A DNA stretch of 59,840 nucleotides, the filler included, from Leucoraja ocellata (taxonomy: Eukaryota): the NCBI GenBank assembly GCA_036785375.1. It is 2 parts of 2 records of this genome, joined end to end, with 100 filler letters (N's around TTAATTAATTAA, not from the genome) between each part and the next. Parts side by side here need not be neighbours in the genome. Positions count along the whole stretch, not along the records: positions 31,304 to 59,840 come from JAWMAR010000388.1; 1 more part is not named here. The stretch is one strand, 5' to 3'. Each line of letters opens with the position of its first letter. Position 1 is the first letter of the stretch. Shown in pieces: positions 38,101 to 51,132 of the stretch. A model generated the notes under the pieces. That model did no database searches, was not told the origin of the DNA, and saw only the letters and a list, made by a program, of their open reading frames with translations. A program made the position numbers and the translations under genes.

Positions 38101-41100
38101 TTTATTCAGAATTTTCATATACTTGTTGTATTTTTTGTATATTTGTTGCACAAAAGTGGCGCAGCCCAGGTCCGGTAGTGGAACTGATAAAATATGTGAC
38201 CTTAACCCAACTTGCCAACACGGACAACTTTATTCTGGACTGCTACAGTCTCTGTAGGATTAATTCAGTTTTTGGTGAAGTCTGAAATAAATATAGATGC
38301 GCCCTCGTGCTTTAGAGCCGGCGGCATTTTGGGGTGTAATTATTGTTGACATAGTGCAGCATATGAAGTGGATAGGTGCTTGAAACACATTGTGTAATGC
38401 ACCGGAACGATTTAGACAGGCATATGGATATGCAGAGAGTGGCGGGATGTGAATCATTTGCACGTAGGTGGGATTGGTTTATCTTAGCATTATATTTAGT
38501 AGAGAGATTGTGAGTGGAAAGGCATGTAACTACTGTACATTTCTATGGTCTATATATTGCATTTGCAAGACTATTGTGGAGTGTACTCAGTGTAAGGTAC
38601 AGAAGGTTGAGACAGATTGTGATTTAAGCAAATACAGACGTTGGGCTTGTCAGATGGATGCGTGTTTCAGTATAATGAATGAAGACGTAAGGCCTAATGT
38701 GACATAGAATTGTGCTTCAGAACATGGTACTATAGTTATTTTATTATTTTAGTTTAGAGATTCAAAATATCATATGAATAAATACAGCCCATAAACAATG
38801 ACATTGTCTATTATAGTAGATATAGGGGCGGCACAGTGGCATATGGGGCGACAGACTGGCACAGTGGTAGAGCTGCTGCCTTACAGCACCATAGACTAAG
38901 ATTTGATCCTGACTGGAGGCTGTCTATACGGTGTATGTCCCTTCTCCATGTGACCGCGTGCGTTTTCTCCGGGTGCTCCGGTTTCCTCCCACACTCCAAA
39001 GACGTATAGGTCTGTTGGTCAATTGCCTTTGGAAACGAATGTAGATTGTCCCTAGTGTGTTGGATAGTGCTAGTGTATGGGCACCACTAGTCGGCGTGGG
39101 CGCGGAGGTCCGAAGGGCTTGTTTCCGCGCTGTGTCTCCAAACTAAACAAAACTAAATATGAGAACAGAAAACACAATGCATTGTGAAAAGAGCGGTCCT
39201 TGTTCCCCATGATCATTATTTTCTTTTTATGTCCAGTGAGTTTAATGAATATGGAGGCTGGGTCTAACATGGTTTATGTGGGGCAAAGACAAGCTTAGAT
39301 AATACAAGAAGTTGGACAATATACCGTCGTTTTTATTATTTTTAGTGTGTTTTGAAATTTGTGCTAATGTTCTCTGGTTTGTTTTATGTGGGGGGTGAGG
39401 GAGGGGATCGGGGGAAAGTTTTGTTCAATCTCTTACCTTGCAGGAGATGCGATTGTTTTCCGGATCGTATCTCCGGTCGCTCTGCGGCCTAACATCATGG
39501 AGCTGGCGGCCTTGCTCAGGACTGACTTTGAGCCCCACCGCGGGGCGTGGACTTACATCGAAGCTGATTCCTTGCCTGGGATCAACGCTCCAACCGCGGC
39601 CTGCGGACTTTAACATCAAAGACCTCGCAATCTCGGGAGAGACCGACGTCGGGAAGCTCCAACGACACAGAAGATTTGACCAGCCTCGACCCGGGGGTCA
39701 GATCGCCCGGCGCGGGGAGCTGACATCTCCCCGATGCAGGAGCTTGATCGCCCTCACGCGGAGGGACCGCCGCTGGCTACGGGAGTCAAGATCAACGGAA
39801 GTTCAAGGCCCCCGACCGCGGGAGAACAAAGAAGGGAAGAGATTGTGGAGGAGTCACTGTGGTGGATGTTCATGTTAAAATGTATTTTGTGTGTTCTGTT
39901 GCTTTTTATTGGTATGACTGGATGGCAAATCAAATTCCTCGTATGTTGCAAAACATACTTGGCTAATAAAGTATAATTCTGATTATGATATTGTGAGATT
40001 AAATAAACAACATGATATAAACGGGTAAAATGCATGTTGCCTCTGATTGTGGTGAATACAGAAAACAGACTAATAAATATATACACAGGTGTAGAGATTC
40101 ATTGAATATTGGCTGTAACGGGACCTTAGGAAGGCAATGTTTGTGGCGAACATTAAGCCCAATTAAACTGATCTGCCTGTCCTGATCCATATCCTTGTAC
40201 TCCCTGCATTTCCCTGTACCTACAATGAGCCTCTTAAACACCGCTATCATATCCACCCACACCACCATCATGCGTTCCTGGTCCGTACCACACTCTGTAA
40301 AATAGTTGCCTCGCCCATCTGCATTCAACGTTCCCCCTCACACCATATAACTATGTCTTCTGGTGTTGGACATTTCCATCCTGGAAAATGATACTGACTG
40401 TCTACCCTATCAATGACTCTCATCATTGTATATACTTCTATCAAGTCTCCCACGAACCTCCAACAATCCAGGGAAAACAATCCATGAATATCCACTCTCT
40501 CCCTGTGGCTGATCCAGGCAGCATTCTGGTTAACCTGTTTTTTACCCTCTCCAAAACCTCTATTTCTTCCCTTTAATGGGGCGATCGGATCTGTACTCAA
40601 TACTCCAATTGCTGCCTCATCAAACTCATATAGAACTGCATCATGTTCCTGACCCTTATGCTCAACACCCCTAGCAATGAACGCAAGTATACCATACATC
40701 CACTTTACCATCTACATGTGCTGTCAACTGCAGCGAGCTATGAACTTGGATTCCAAGATCCCTCAGCACATCCATGTTCTTCAGAATCTAGCGATTTACT
40801 GTATAATTGATGATCATTGAATGGTGGCGGCTTCACGTGAATTAAAATGGATTTAAGTTGGTAAGCGATGATCAAATGTGAGGGAAATGCCTTTTCTGAT
40901 TTAAATGGAAACTGATTATAATATGTTCACTGTGGAGGAATGATGTGTTGTTTCCAAGACCATATGTAATAACAAAAGGGATTGAAGCATCTTTTATATA
41001 CAGAGCCAAGCCAAATGTTATTAAGTAACTAAGAAGAGACATTGAGGGTATGAGTCGGGATTGGCTGGGATAGACGGGCAAATTATACTTAAAGTGTTGA

Positions 41101-42072
41101 TGGTGGAGAAGCAATTCCAAATATTTAAAGACTGCATGGATGAACTCCAAAATGTGTTCATCCCCGGCTAGAGAAAGAAATAATATGGGGAAGGCGGCTC
41201 AACGTGACTAACGAGGGAAATCAAGGATAGTGTTAAATCCAAGGAAGAGGTTATATAAATTGGCCAGAGGACTGGGAGAAATTTAGAACTCAACAGGGGA
41301 CGAAAAAAGGGTTAATTAAGGCGGGAAAGGAGAGCATGAAAGAACGCTTGCGTGGAATATCAAAAGTGACTGCAATAGCTTCTTTAGATATGTAAACAGG
41401 AAAAGATCAGTGAAGAAAATGTAGGTCACTTACAATCAGAGACAGGTGAATTTCTAATGGAAAGCAAGGAAATGGCAGAACAAACAAGTACTTTGGTTCA
41501 GTATTTACTAAGAAAGACACAAACAATCTCCCACAAATACTAGGGGACCGAGGATTTAGTGGGAGGGAGGAACTGAAGGGAACCCACGTTAGCCAGGAAA
41601 TGATGTCATGTAAACTGTAACCCTCCACTCCGCTCTGGACCACTTGGACAACAAAAACTCGTATGTCAGACTGTTATTCATCGATTACAGCTCGGCATTT
41701 AACACAATCATCCCCTCCAAGCTGGTTACCAAACTCGCAGAACTGGGTCTCTGCGCATCCCTCTGCAATTAGATCCTCGACTTCCTCATTCACAGACCAC
41801 AGTCTGTTCGTATTGGTGGAAATGTGTTAGCCTCAATTACAATCAGCACGGGAGCACCTCAAGTCTGCGTGCTCAGCCCCCCGCTGTACTCACTCTATAC
41901 TCATGACTGCGTAGCCAGTCAAAGTGCGAACTCCATCATCAAATCGCTGATGACACCACTGTTGTGGGGCGTATCACTGATGGGGATGAGTCAGAGTATA
42001 GAAGAGAGATCGAGCAATTGTCCATATGGTGCCAGCGCAATAACCTGGCCCTCAACACCAGCAAAACCAAGG

Positions 42073-43215
42073 AGGCATAGATCATGCGAGTCTCAGCTTA
42101 TCCTGACGATAAATGACCTGGCCAAGCACCTTGATAGTAACGTCATCACGGATTTAGTTGTGCTGGACTTTTCTAAAGCATTTGATGTCATCCCGCACCA
42201 GAGACTGCTTTGGAAGCTTGACTTCTATGGTATTCGTTCCAACACGAAACGATGGATTTCCAGTTTCCTGACAAAATGTCTTCAGCGTGTGTGTGTGAAC
42301 GGAAAGAGCTCCAATTGGCATCCAGTGTTGAGTGGTACACCTCAGGGCACAGTACTTGGCCCACACCTATTTTTGCTTTACATAAATGACATCCATGAAA
42401 AAGTCGCAAGTACGACCAGACTTTTCGCTGATGATTGTTTGCTGTACCGTCCAATTAAGTCAGCTGATGATGAAGATGCTCTCCAAAAGGATCTCGATAC
42501 TATGGTTGAGTGGTCACAACAATGGGGCATGCAGTTCAACCCTTCCAATTGTGAAACTATGCGTGTCACCAGAAAGAGGAATCCAGGCGAAACATCTTAC
42601 AATATACTTGGTACCACCCTTGAAGAATCCAAACAAACCAAGTATCTTGGCATCAAATTGCAGAATGATCTGCGTTGGAATGGTAAGACTCATCGTGCAA
42701 CGGTGAAAGCAACAGGTGTCCTAAACTTTCTGAGGCGCAACTTTCATCATTGTTCAACTTCTGTCATGGAGAAGCTATACTTCACCCTCGTTAGATCTCA
42801 TTTGGACTACGCAGTTGCAACATGGGACCCATACACAGATAAAAACATTTCTTCAATCGACAGACAGGCAGCTCGATTTGTTACTAACACCTATGAGAGA
42901 GAAGCGAGTGTCACCAAACTTCTGAATTCTCTGGGGTGGAACCCTCTCCAAGACAGACGTGAAGCTCACCGTTTGACCTGTTTTTACAAAATGTTAAATG
43001 GTCAGCTCGACATAGACTACAAGACCTACACCAAACCCAAATCAATTAGGAGCAGACGAGGGCATTCGATCCAATTTGTGATCCCAGCTACAAAGACAGA
43101 TGTATACAGCAATTCGTTCTTCCCCCGCACAATTAAAGCATGGAATAATCTCCACCCAACTATAGTTACCCAACCAGATGCAACTAAATTTAAAGTAGCT
43201 CTTTCTTCCCAATAA
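42073..43215 (+). mobile_element. 5'-truncated non-LTR retrotransposon ORF2 (RT), open for about 380 codons
   Basis: RSCESQL...LDFSKAFDVIPH.RLL.KL...SGTPQGTVLGP.LFLLYINDI...RLFADDC...FFPRTIKAWNNL. Confidence 0.85.
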
Positions 43216-45402
43216 CCCTTTCTGGCTTAAGCCCTCCCTTCACCACCTCCAGTTTAAATTCCATTTGGAATATTTTGGAGGACCAAGAAACCAAGAACCA
43301 AGAACCAAGAACTGATTGTGGACTTTGGAAGGAGTAGGAGGGGAACCCACAGCCCCATTTATATCAACTGGTTGAAAGGGTCAAGAGCTTCAAATTCCTG
43401 GGCGTGCACATCTCTGAAGATCTTTCCTGGTCCGAGAACACTAATGCAATTATCAAGAAAGCTCATCAACGCCTCTACTTCCTGACAAGATTACGGAGAG
43501 TCGGCTTGTCAAGCAAGACTCTCTCTAACTTCCACAGGTGCACAGTAGAGAGCATGCTGACCGGTTGCATCGTGGCTTGGTTCGGCAATTTGAGCGTCCT
43601 GGAGAGGAAAAGACTACAGAAAGTAGTACACACTGCCCAGTCCATCATCGGCTCTGACCTTCCTTCCATCGAGGGAATTTATCGCAGTCGCTGCCTCAAA
43701 AAGGCTGGCAGTATCATCAAAGACCCACACCATCCTGGCCACACACTCATCTCCCTGCTACCTTCAGGTAGAAGGTGCAGGAGCCTGAAGACTGCAACAA
43801 CCAGGTTCAGGAATAGCTACTTCCCCACAGCCATCAGGCTATTAAACCTGGCTCGGACAAAACTCTGATTATTAATAACCCATTTTCTGTTATGTGCACT
43901 TCATCAGTTTATTTATTCATGTGTGTATATATTTATATTATGGTATATGTACACACTGATCTGTTTTGTAGTAAATGCCTACTATGTTCTGTGTGCTGAA
44001 GCAAAGCAAGAATTTCATTGTCCTATACAGGGACACATGACAATAAATGCACTTGAACTTGAACTTGAACTGTTGGGACTAAAGGCAGATAAATCCGCAG
44101 GGCCTGATGGTCTGTATCCCAGAGTACTCAAGCAGGTGGCCCTAGAAATTGTGAATGCATTGGTGATCATTTTCCAATATTCTCCCGACTGGACCCATTC
44201 CTGTGTACTGGAGGGTAGCCGTTGTAACTCCACTTTTTAAGAAAGGAGGGAGAGAGAAAACGGGGAATTATAGACGTTAGCCTGACATCAGTAGTGGGGA
44301 AGATGCTGGAGTCGATTATTGAAGATGTTATAGCAGCGCATTTGGAAAGCAGTGACAGGATTGGTCAAAGTCAGCATGGATTTATGAAGGGAGATCATGC
44401 TTGACTAATCTGGAATTTTTTGAGGATGTAGAATGGATAAGAGAGAGCCAGTGGGTGTGGAGTATCTGGGCTTCCAAAAAACCTTTGACAAGGTCCCACG
44501 CAAGAGATTAGTGTGCAAAATTAGATCACATGGTAATGGGGGAAGGGTATTGACCTGGATAGAGAACTGGTTGGCAGACAGGAAGCAAAGAGTAGGAAAA
44601 AAACGGGTCCTTTTCAGAATGCCAGGCAGTGACAAATGGTGCTGGGAACCCAGTTATTTACAATATTTATTAACGATTTAGACGAGGGAATTAAATGTGT
44701 AATTTCCAAGTTAAGTCTATGGATGACACAAAGCTGGGTGGCAGTGGGAGCTGCGGTGAGGATGTTATGAGGCTGCAAGGTGACTTAAAATAAGACAGAT
44801 GCATGGCAGATGCAGTATAATGTGGATACATGTGAGGTTATCCACTTTATTGGCAAGAACAGGAAGGCAGTTTATTATCTGAATGGTGTCAGATTTGGAA
44901 AAGGGGAGGTGCAACGAGACTTGGGTGTGTTTGTACATCAGTCACTGAAAGTAAGCACGCAGGTACAGCAGGCAGTGAAGAAAGCGAATGGCATGTTGGC
45001 CTTCATTGCATGCCATTCAATCTAATGGCATGTTGGGATTTGAGTTTCGGAGCAAGGAGGTCCTTCTGGCAGTTGTACAGGGCCCAGGTGAGACCACACC
45101 CGGAGTATTGTGTGCAATTTTGGTCTCCAAATTTCAGGAAGGACATTCTTGCTATTGAGGGAGTGCAGCATAGGTTCACCAGGATAATTCCCGGGATGGC
45201 GGGACTGAGAGGCTAGATGCAGGAACAATGTTCCTGACGTTGGGGGAGTCCAGAACCAGGGGTCACAGTTTAAGAGTAAGGGATAGGCCATGTAGGACTG
45301 AGATGAGGATTAAAAAATTCACCCAGAGAGTTGTGAATCGGTGGAATTCTCTGCCACAGAAGGCAGCGGAGGCCAATTCTCTGGATCTTTTCAAGAGGGA
45401 GT

Positions 45403-45624
45403 AATGCCCCTGTCCCACTTAGGAAACCTGAACGGAAACCTCTGGTGACTTTGCGCCCCACCCAAGGTTTCCGTTCGGTTCCCGGAGGTTGCAGGTGGTT
45501 GCCGGAGGTTCCACGTAGTGGAAGCAGGTAGGGAGACTGACAAAAACCTCCGGGAACCGCACGGAAACCTTGGGTGGGGCACAAAGTCTCCAGAGGTTTC
45601 CGTTCAGGTTTCCTAAGTGGGACA
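45403..45624. mobile_element. MITE with 80-bp inverted arms
   Basis: 45411-45490 pairs with 45545-45624 (3 mismatches). Inserted into a CR1 3' end. Confidence 0.8.
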
Positions 45625-45897
45625 TTTAGCTCTTAAAACCTATGGAATCAAGGGATATGGGGAAAAAGAAGGAACGGGGTACTGAATTAAAATGATCAGC
45701 CATGATTATGTTGAATGGTCCCTGTTCGAAGGGCCGAATGACCTACTCCTCCACATATTTTTCTATGTTTCTAAGTTTCCTCTATGTTTCTAACACATGA
45801 CGCGTCAAGTATCAAGAATGTATAATTTTCATAAGTGCCTAGAGCGGTACAAGTAAATTCTTACTTGGGCCTGGACGTACATGGCAGTGGATCGTGC

Positions 45898-46139
45898 NNN
45901 NNNNNNNNNNNNNNNNNNNNNNNNNNNNNNNNNNNNNNNNNNNNNNNNNNNNNNNNNNNNNNNNNNNNNNNNNNNNNNNNNNNNNNNNNNNNNNNNNNNN
46001 NNNNNNNNNNNNNNNNNNNNNNNNNNNNNNNNNNNNNNNNNNNNNNNNNNNNNNNNNNNNNNNNNNNNNNNNNNNNNNNNNNNNNNNNNNNNNNNNNNNN
46101 NNNNNNNNNNNNNNNNNNNNNNNNNNNNNNNNNNNNNNN
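45898..46139. other. Assembly gap (242 N)
   Basis: Run of N. Confidence 0.99.
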
Positions 46140-47584
46140 CAGTGGATGTGTGGAAAGCACTCGATTCCTCCATTGACCTCGCTTGCTTAGACATTTCTTC
46201 AAGTGGAGATTCTGGTGAATCTGTAATATAAATGCACCATTTTATTTGAACAAGATATGATAAAATAGACTCCCTCGGAGAATCCAGTTGATTTGCGCCA
46301 ACTGCCAATATTGTTAAAACATATAATCGCCGTCGTGAATGATATCTTCATTGCCTTGTTTGTGTTGATCTAAAAATGGCTGGAAACAGAGATGAGCTGA
46401 TTTAAATAAACGGTGATTTCAACAGCCCCAGACCCAGATTCGTTTACTGAAGGACAGAAACAGAAGTAATGTTTCCCCAGAGGCGGAAAACAGATAAAGT
46501 GAGAAAGAAATGCAAATCTCTGAACAGATTACACCAGAGACATTTATTTTAAATTGTCAATGTTCTCTCCTGTAAAAATAAAGTTGAAGTGCATATGGAT
46601 GATGTTAGTCAATAATATTTCTACAAAGCTAGGTTTACTGAGAACATGTATCATATCCCTTTATTTATCAACAATGGCTGGGATCAATAACATTCTCTGC
46701 ATACATATGAATGTCACACGTGACAAATTCACAGATGCATAGAAAATACAATGATAAATTAAAATTCAAGTCATAGAAGAATACTATGTTGGAGCGCAGG
46801 AAACTTTAATTGCCCGTATGCACCTTGAATGTTCGACATTCCTCGTGTTTTCCTCAGAAATCGGTGAACTACTGTTTCTATTTATCTCCTCAGATAACTC
46901 TAGTAGATTTTTCTTCAGATATCTCTATTAGATTTTTCGACACCATCCGCCCTACCAGTGCAGTTTGAATCATTGAAATATTATCCAACAAATATGCTCA
47001 TTGGTTGATTGGTTAGAACGTGCCTTCATTCAACTTTGCTCTTTGGAACCAGCATCTGAAAATCAACACTACATGAATCATCCCTAATGTCGATCATTTC
47101 TCCAATCACTCCACATATCTACAATTCCCCTCCTGCAATATGCCATCTATTAATTTCCTTCCAATCTCTTAATGACATTTTAATAGAACCTTGTGTTTGC
47201 TTTGTATCAATTTCCTCTACTGCCTTTTATGTAACCAATCTCGATATTGACATTTTATCTGTACGGCTGTATGGTGACCACACATTTCACTGTATCAACT
47301 GGGACATGTGACAAATAAATGTATCTTGATATTGGAATGGACAGTCCCAATATTGTTCGAACGGCTCATATTGATAACTGCGAATGTGTAGGAAAGAACT
47401 GCAGATGCTGTTTTAAATCGAAGCTAGACACAAAATGCTGGAGTAACTCAGCGGGACAGGCAGCATCTCTGGAGGTCTGAAGAAGGGTCTCGACCCAAAA
47501 CGTCAAACATTCCTTCTCTCCAGAGATGCTGCCTGTCCCGTTGAGTTTCTCCAGCATTATGTGTCTACCTAACAATGAAGGCAG

Positions 47585-47585
<1 letters not shown>

Positions 47586-47650
<65 letters not shown>
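47586..47650 (+). repeat. (TCTG)n microsatellite
   Basis: About 16 tandem TCTG units. Confidence 0.95.
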
Positions 47651-47656
<6 letters not shown>

Positions 47657-47869
47657 GTCTTTCTTGCTCAAATATTTTTCCTCACCTCTCCTCTCTCTCC
47701 CTCTCACACACGCAAGCACACACCCAGAAACATTTTAATATACATTTGAGGAATTCCGAACATATTTTATGAAACAACTGCACTATGAAACCAATCTTGA
47801 AACCATCTTATTTACAACTATACCATGAGTTTTAAACGTGCATTTCCACCCCTTACACAATATAAACTT

Positions 47870-49975
47870 TATAGAAACATGGAAAATAGGTGCAGGAGTA
47901 GGCCATTCGACCCTTCGAAACTGCACCGCCATTCAATATGATCATGGCTGATCATCCAACTCAGTATCCTGTACCTGCCTTCTCTCCATACCCCCTGATC
48001 CCTTTAGCCACAAGGGCCACATCTATCTCCCTCTTAAATATAGACAATGAGCTGGCCTCAACTACCTTCTGTGGCAGAGAATTCCAGAGATTCACCACTC
48101 TCTGTGTGAAAATTCTTTTCCTCATTTCGGTCCTAAAAGATTTCCCCCTTATCCTTAAACTGTGACCCCTTGTTCCGGACTTCCCCAACATTGGGAACAT
48201 TCTTCCTGCATCTAGCTTGTCTAACCCCTCAAGAATCTTGTAAGTTTCTATAAGATCCCCCCTCAATCTTCTAAATTCTAGCGAGTACAAGCCGAGTCTA
48301 TCCATTCTTTCTTCATATGAAAGTCCTGACATCCCAGGAATCAGTCTGGTGAACCTTCTCTGGCAAGAATGTCTTTCCTCAGATTAGGAGAACAAAACTG
48401 TACGCAATACTCCAGGTGTGGTCTCTCCAAGACCCTGTACAACTGCAGTAGAACCTCCCTGCTCCTATACTCAACTCCTTTTGCTATATATTGCTTATAT
48501 TTTGCTTATATTGTGTAAGAAACGGAAAAGCAGGCTGTTTTATTACCCTCTTGTGCATCTGTATCAGCAAGGAGCATTCGTAATAAGGTGGATGAGTTGA
48601 ATGTGCGGATAGCTATTAATGATTATGATATAGTTGGGATCATGGAGATATGGCTCCAGGGTGACCAAGGCTGGGAGCTGAACATCCAGGGATGAAGATA
48701 TTTCAATATTCAGGAGGGATAGACAGAAAGGAAAAGTAGGTGGGGTAGCGTTGCTGGTTAGAGAGGAGATTAACGCAATAGAAAGGAAGGACATTAGCTT
48801 GAAGGATGTTTAATGATATGGATAGACCTGCGAAACACTAAGGGGCAGAAAACGCTAGTGGGAGTTGTGTACAGGCCACCTAACAGTAGTAGTGGAGTTG
48901 GGGATGGCATCAGACAGGAAATTAGAAATGCGTGCAACAAAGGTAAAACAGTTATAATGGGTGACTTCAACCTACATATAGATTGGGTGAATCAAATTGG
49001 CAGGGGTGCTGATGAAGAGGATTTCTGGGAATGTATGTGGGATAGTTTTCTAAACCAACATGTAGAGGAACCAACGAGAGAGCAGGCTATTCTAGATTGG
49101 GTATTGAGTAATGAGGAAGGGTTAGTTAGCAATCTTGTTGTGCGTGGCCCCTTGGGCAAGAGTGACCATAATATGGTTGAGTTCTTCATTAGGATGGAGA
49201 GTGACATCATTAATTCAGAAACAAGGGTTTTGAACTTAAAGAAAGGTAACTTTGAGAGTGTGATTTGAGTATAGTATAGGAACAGTGAGGTTCTACTGCA
49301 GTTGTACAGGGTCTTCGTTAGACCACACCTGGTGTATTGCATACAGTTTTGGTCTCCTAATCTGAGGAAAGACATTCTTGCCATAGAGGGAGTACAGAGA
49401 AGGTTCACCAGACTGGTTCCTGGGATGTCAGGACTTTTATATGAAGAAAGACTGGATAGACTTGGCTTGTACTCGCTAGAATTTAGAAGATTGAGGAGGG
49501 ATCTTATTGAAACTTACAAAATTCTTAAGGGGTTGGACAGGCTAGATGCAGGAAGATTGTTATCGATGTTTACGATGAAAACGTCATTTCGTTTGGACCT
49601 CAAGGGGTCAAAATGACAAATAAATTGTATCTTGTATCTTGTATCTTGTATCTTGTATCTTGTTTGGGAAGTCCAGAACAAGGGGTCACAGTTTAAGGAT
49701 AAGGGGGAAATCTTTTAGGACCGAGATGAAAAAAACGTTTTTCACACAGAGAGTGGTGAATCTCTGGAATTCTCTGCCACAGTTGAGGCCAGTTCATTGG
49801 CTATATTTAAGAGGGAGTTAGATGTGGCCCTTGTGGCTAAAGGTATCAGGGGGTATGGAGAGAAGGCAGGTACAGGATACTGAGTTGGATGATCAGCCAT
49901 GATCATATTGAATGGTGGTGCAGGCTCGAAGGGCCGAATGGCCTACTCCTGCACCTATTTTCTATGTGTCTATGT
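47870..49975. mobile_element. Divergent CR1 pair (- 47870-48490; + 48500-49975, internally deleted, endonuclease region joined to the 3' end), with a short Rex1-like tail insertion at about 49574-49660
   Basis: APE motifs GVVYRPPN, VIMGDFN, LDWVL and LGKSDHN. The (TGTATCT)n tail is flanked by a TGTTT duplication. Confidence 0.8.
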
Positions 49976-50029
49976 GTCTAATAGATGCGATAGCGTGAGT
50001 CCATGTTGCTGTTGAGTTGGGGGCCGTGT

Positions 50030-50195
50030 TTCAGCTCCGCCCGCTGCACCACTCGGTTTACAAGTCCCGCCCACAGCCGCGCCCTCTTTTGCCGGGTATT
50101 TAATTCTCTCTAAGAGGGGCCGAAATCCAACTTCCTTGCAGTTGGTTTGTTGCGAGGTTCTGTACAGAAACAACAGGGTCACACTTCCCAGCGGG
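50030..50195 (+). promoter_or_regulatory. VH promoter region
   Basis: Two CCGCCC GC boxes (about 50037 and 50067), a TATTTAA TATA-like box at about 50097, and ACTTCC ETS cores. No ATGCAAAT octamer. Confidence 0.45.
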
Positions 50196-50740
50196 ATGAG
50201 GTCGGCGGTTTCACTGAGTTTGTTCCTGGCGTTAATAGTCCGTGAGTGATGTTGGACAAATTCCCCACGCAAGTTTCCCAGTGGTGTATCCACTACACCA
50301 TTCCCCTTCTACCCACTCTAGAACCGTCCCAATTATTTCCTCTTGATAATTAGAGTCGGGGATCAATGGTCAATATTTTATCCTCGCCATTCATGCCTTG
50401 TTTTTAACTTGCAGGTGTCCATTCCGATATCGTTCTAACCCAGCCCGAGACAGAGACGGCCACTCCTGGAGGCTCCATCACACTGACCTGTAAAGTCAGC
50501 GGGTTCAGTGTTGACAGCTACTGGATGGCTTTGGTCCGTCAGGTCCCCGGGCAGGGGCTGGAGTGGCTGCTTACCTACTACGGTTCTACTTACACCAAGT
50601 ACTTCCCTCCGGGGATAGAGAGCCGATTTACTCCGTCCAAAGACTATACGAATAATATCTTCATCGTGACGGCCAACAGCCTGAAGATCGAAGACACGGC
50701 TGTCTATTACTGTGCGAGGGCCCAATGGAACTATATTGTA
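50196..50740 (+). CDS. IGHV: Ig heavy-chain variable segment, germline-joined to D (leader 50196-50241; V-D exon 50415-50740)
   Basis: 46-nt leader [15 protein letters not shown] ends at C|GTGAG; acceptor ttgcag. Reads [31 protein letters not shown]...[12 protein letters not shown]...[14 protein letters not shown], then AQWNYIV in frame before a 12-RSS. Confidence 0.93.
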
Positions 50741-50768
50741 CACAGCGGTTCCTACCAATACAAAAACA
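50741..50768 (+). other. 12-RSS following the joined V-D
   Basis: CACAGCG 50741-50747, 12-nt spacer GTTCCTACCAAT, ACAAAAACA 50760-50768. Confidence 0.9.
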
Positions 50769-51093
50769 TCCACAACCCATAATACGGTGGTCTGGGCCAG
50801 TATATGATATTTTCAATTCAATATTTCATACAACAAGAGCATAAACATGTCCAGGGATATTTTCGCACATTTTGTTGTATAGGTAACTTGAAGTAATTTG
50901 TATTTTATATGTAGATAATTCTTATCACATTTCACTGCCCTGTTTAATACACGGAGCCGTGGTATCTGATTATTGTTGGAAATGATTTATTTAACGCATT
51001 CATTGTTTTCAAAGAGCAATAAGTCATTCGCTTTCGATGTGAAATACGAATAATTACAGGATTTGTTCTTTTTTGCCTACCTTGTGCAGATCA

Positions 51094-51132
51094 TGTTATT
51101 GTGTGAGGCAGCCCATAGAATGTAACACTGTG
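51094..51132 (-). other. 23-RSS of JH
   Basis: Plus strand reads TGTTATTGT (51094-51102), 23-nt spacer, CACTGTG (51126-51132). Confidence 0.88.

Larger units (their letters stand above)
41100..45780 (+). mobile_element. Nested insertion stack: CR1 host > Rex1-like LINE (about 41620-44070) > second LINE RT fragment (about 42073-43310), plus a MITE at 45403-45624
   Basis: The CR1 resumes at ...AACTG|TTGGGACTAAAGGCAGAT after the Rex1 (GAACTT)n tail. The Rex1 resumes at AACCAAG(G)AACTGATTGTGGAC after the inner element's (AACCAAG)n tail. Confidence 0.8.

Noticed and set aside
41824-43215. 463-aa ORF as a host gene
   Set aside because: A chance in-frame fusion of Rex1-like sequence and an inserted LINE RT fragment.
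45829-46308. ORFs spanning N runs
   Set aside because: Artefacts of the assembly gap.
50721-50759. CCCAATG as a degenerate VH 23-RSS heptamer
   Set aside because: It lacks the essential CAC, and there is no nonamer at 22-23 nt spacing. The 12-RSS at 50741 fits far better.
50769-51093. Free D segment between V-D and JH
   Set aside because: No heptamer/nonamer pairs flanking a short core were found.
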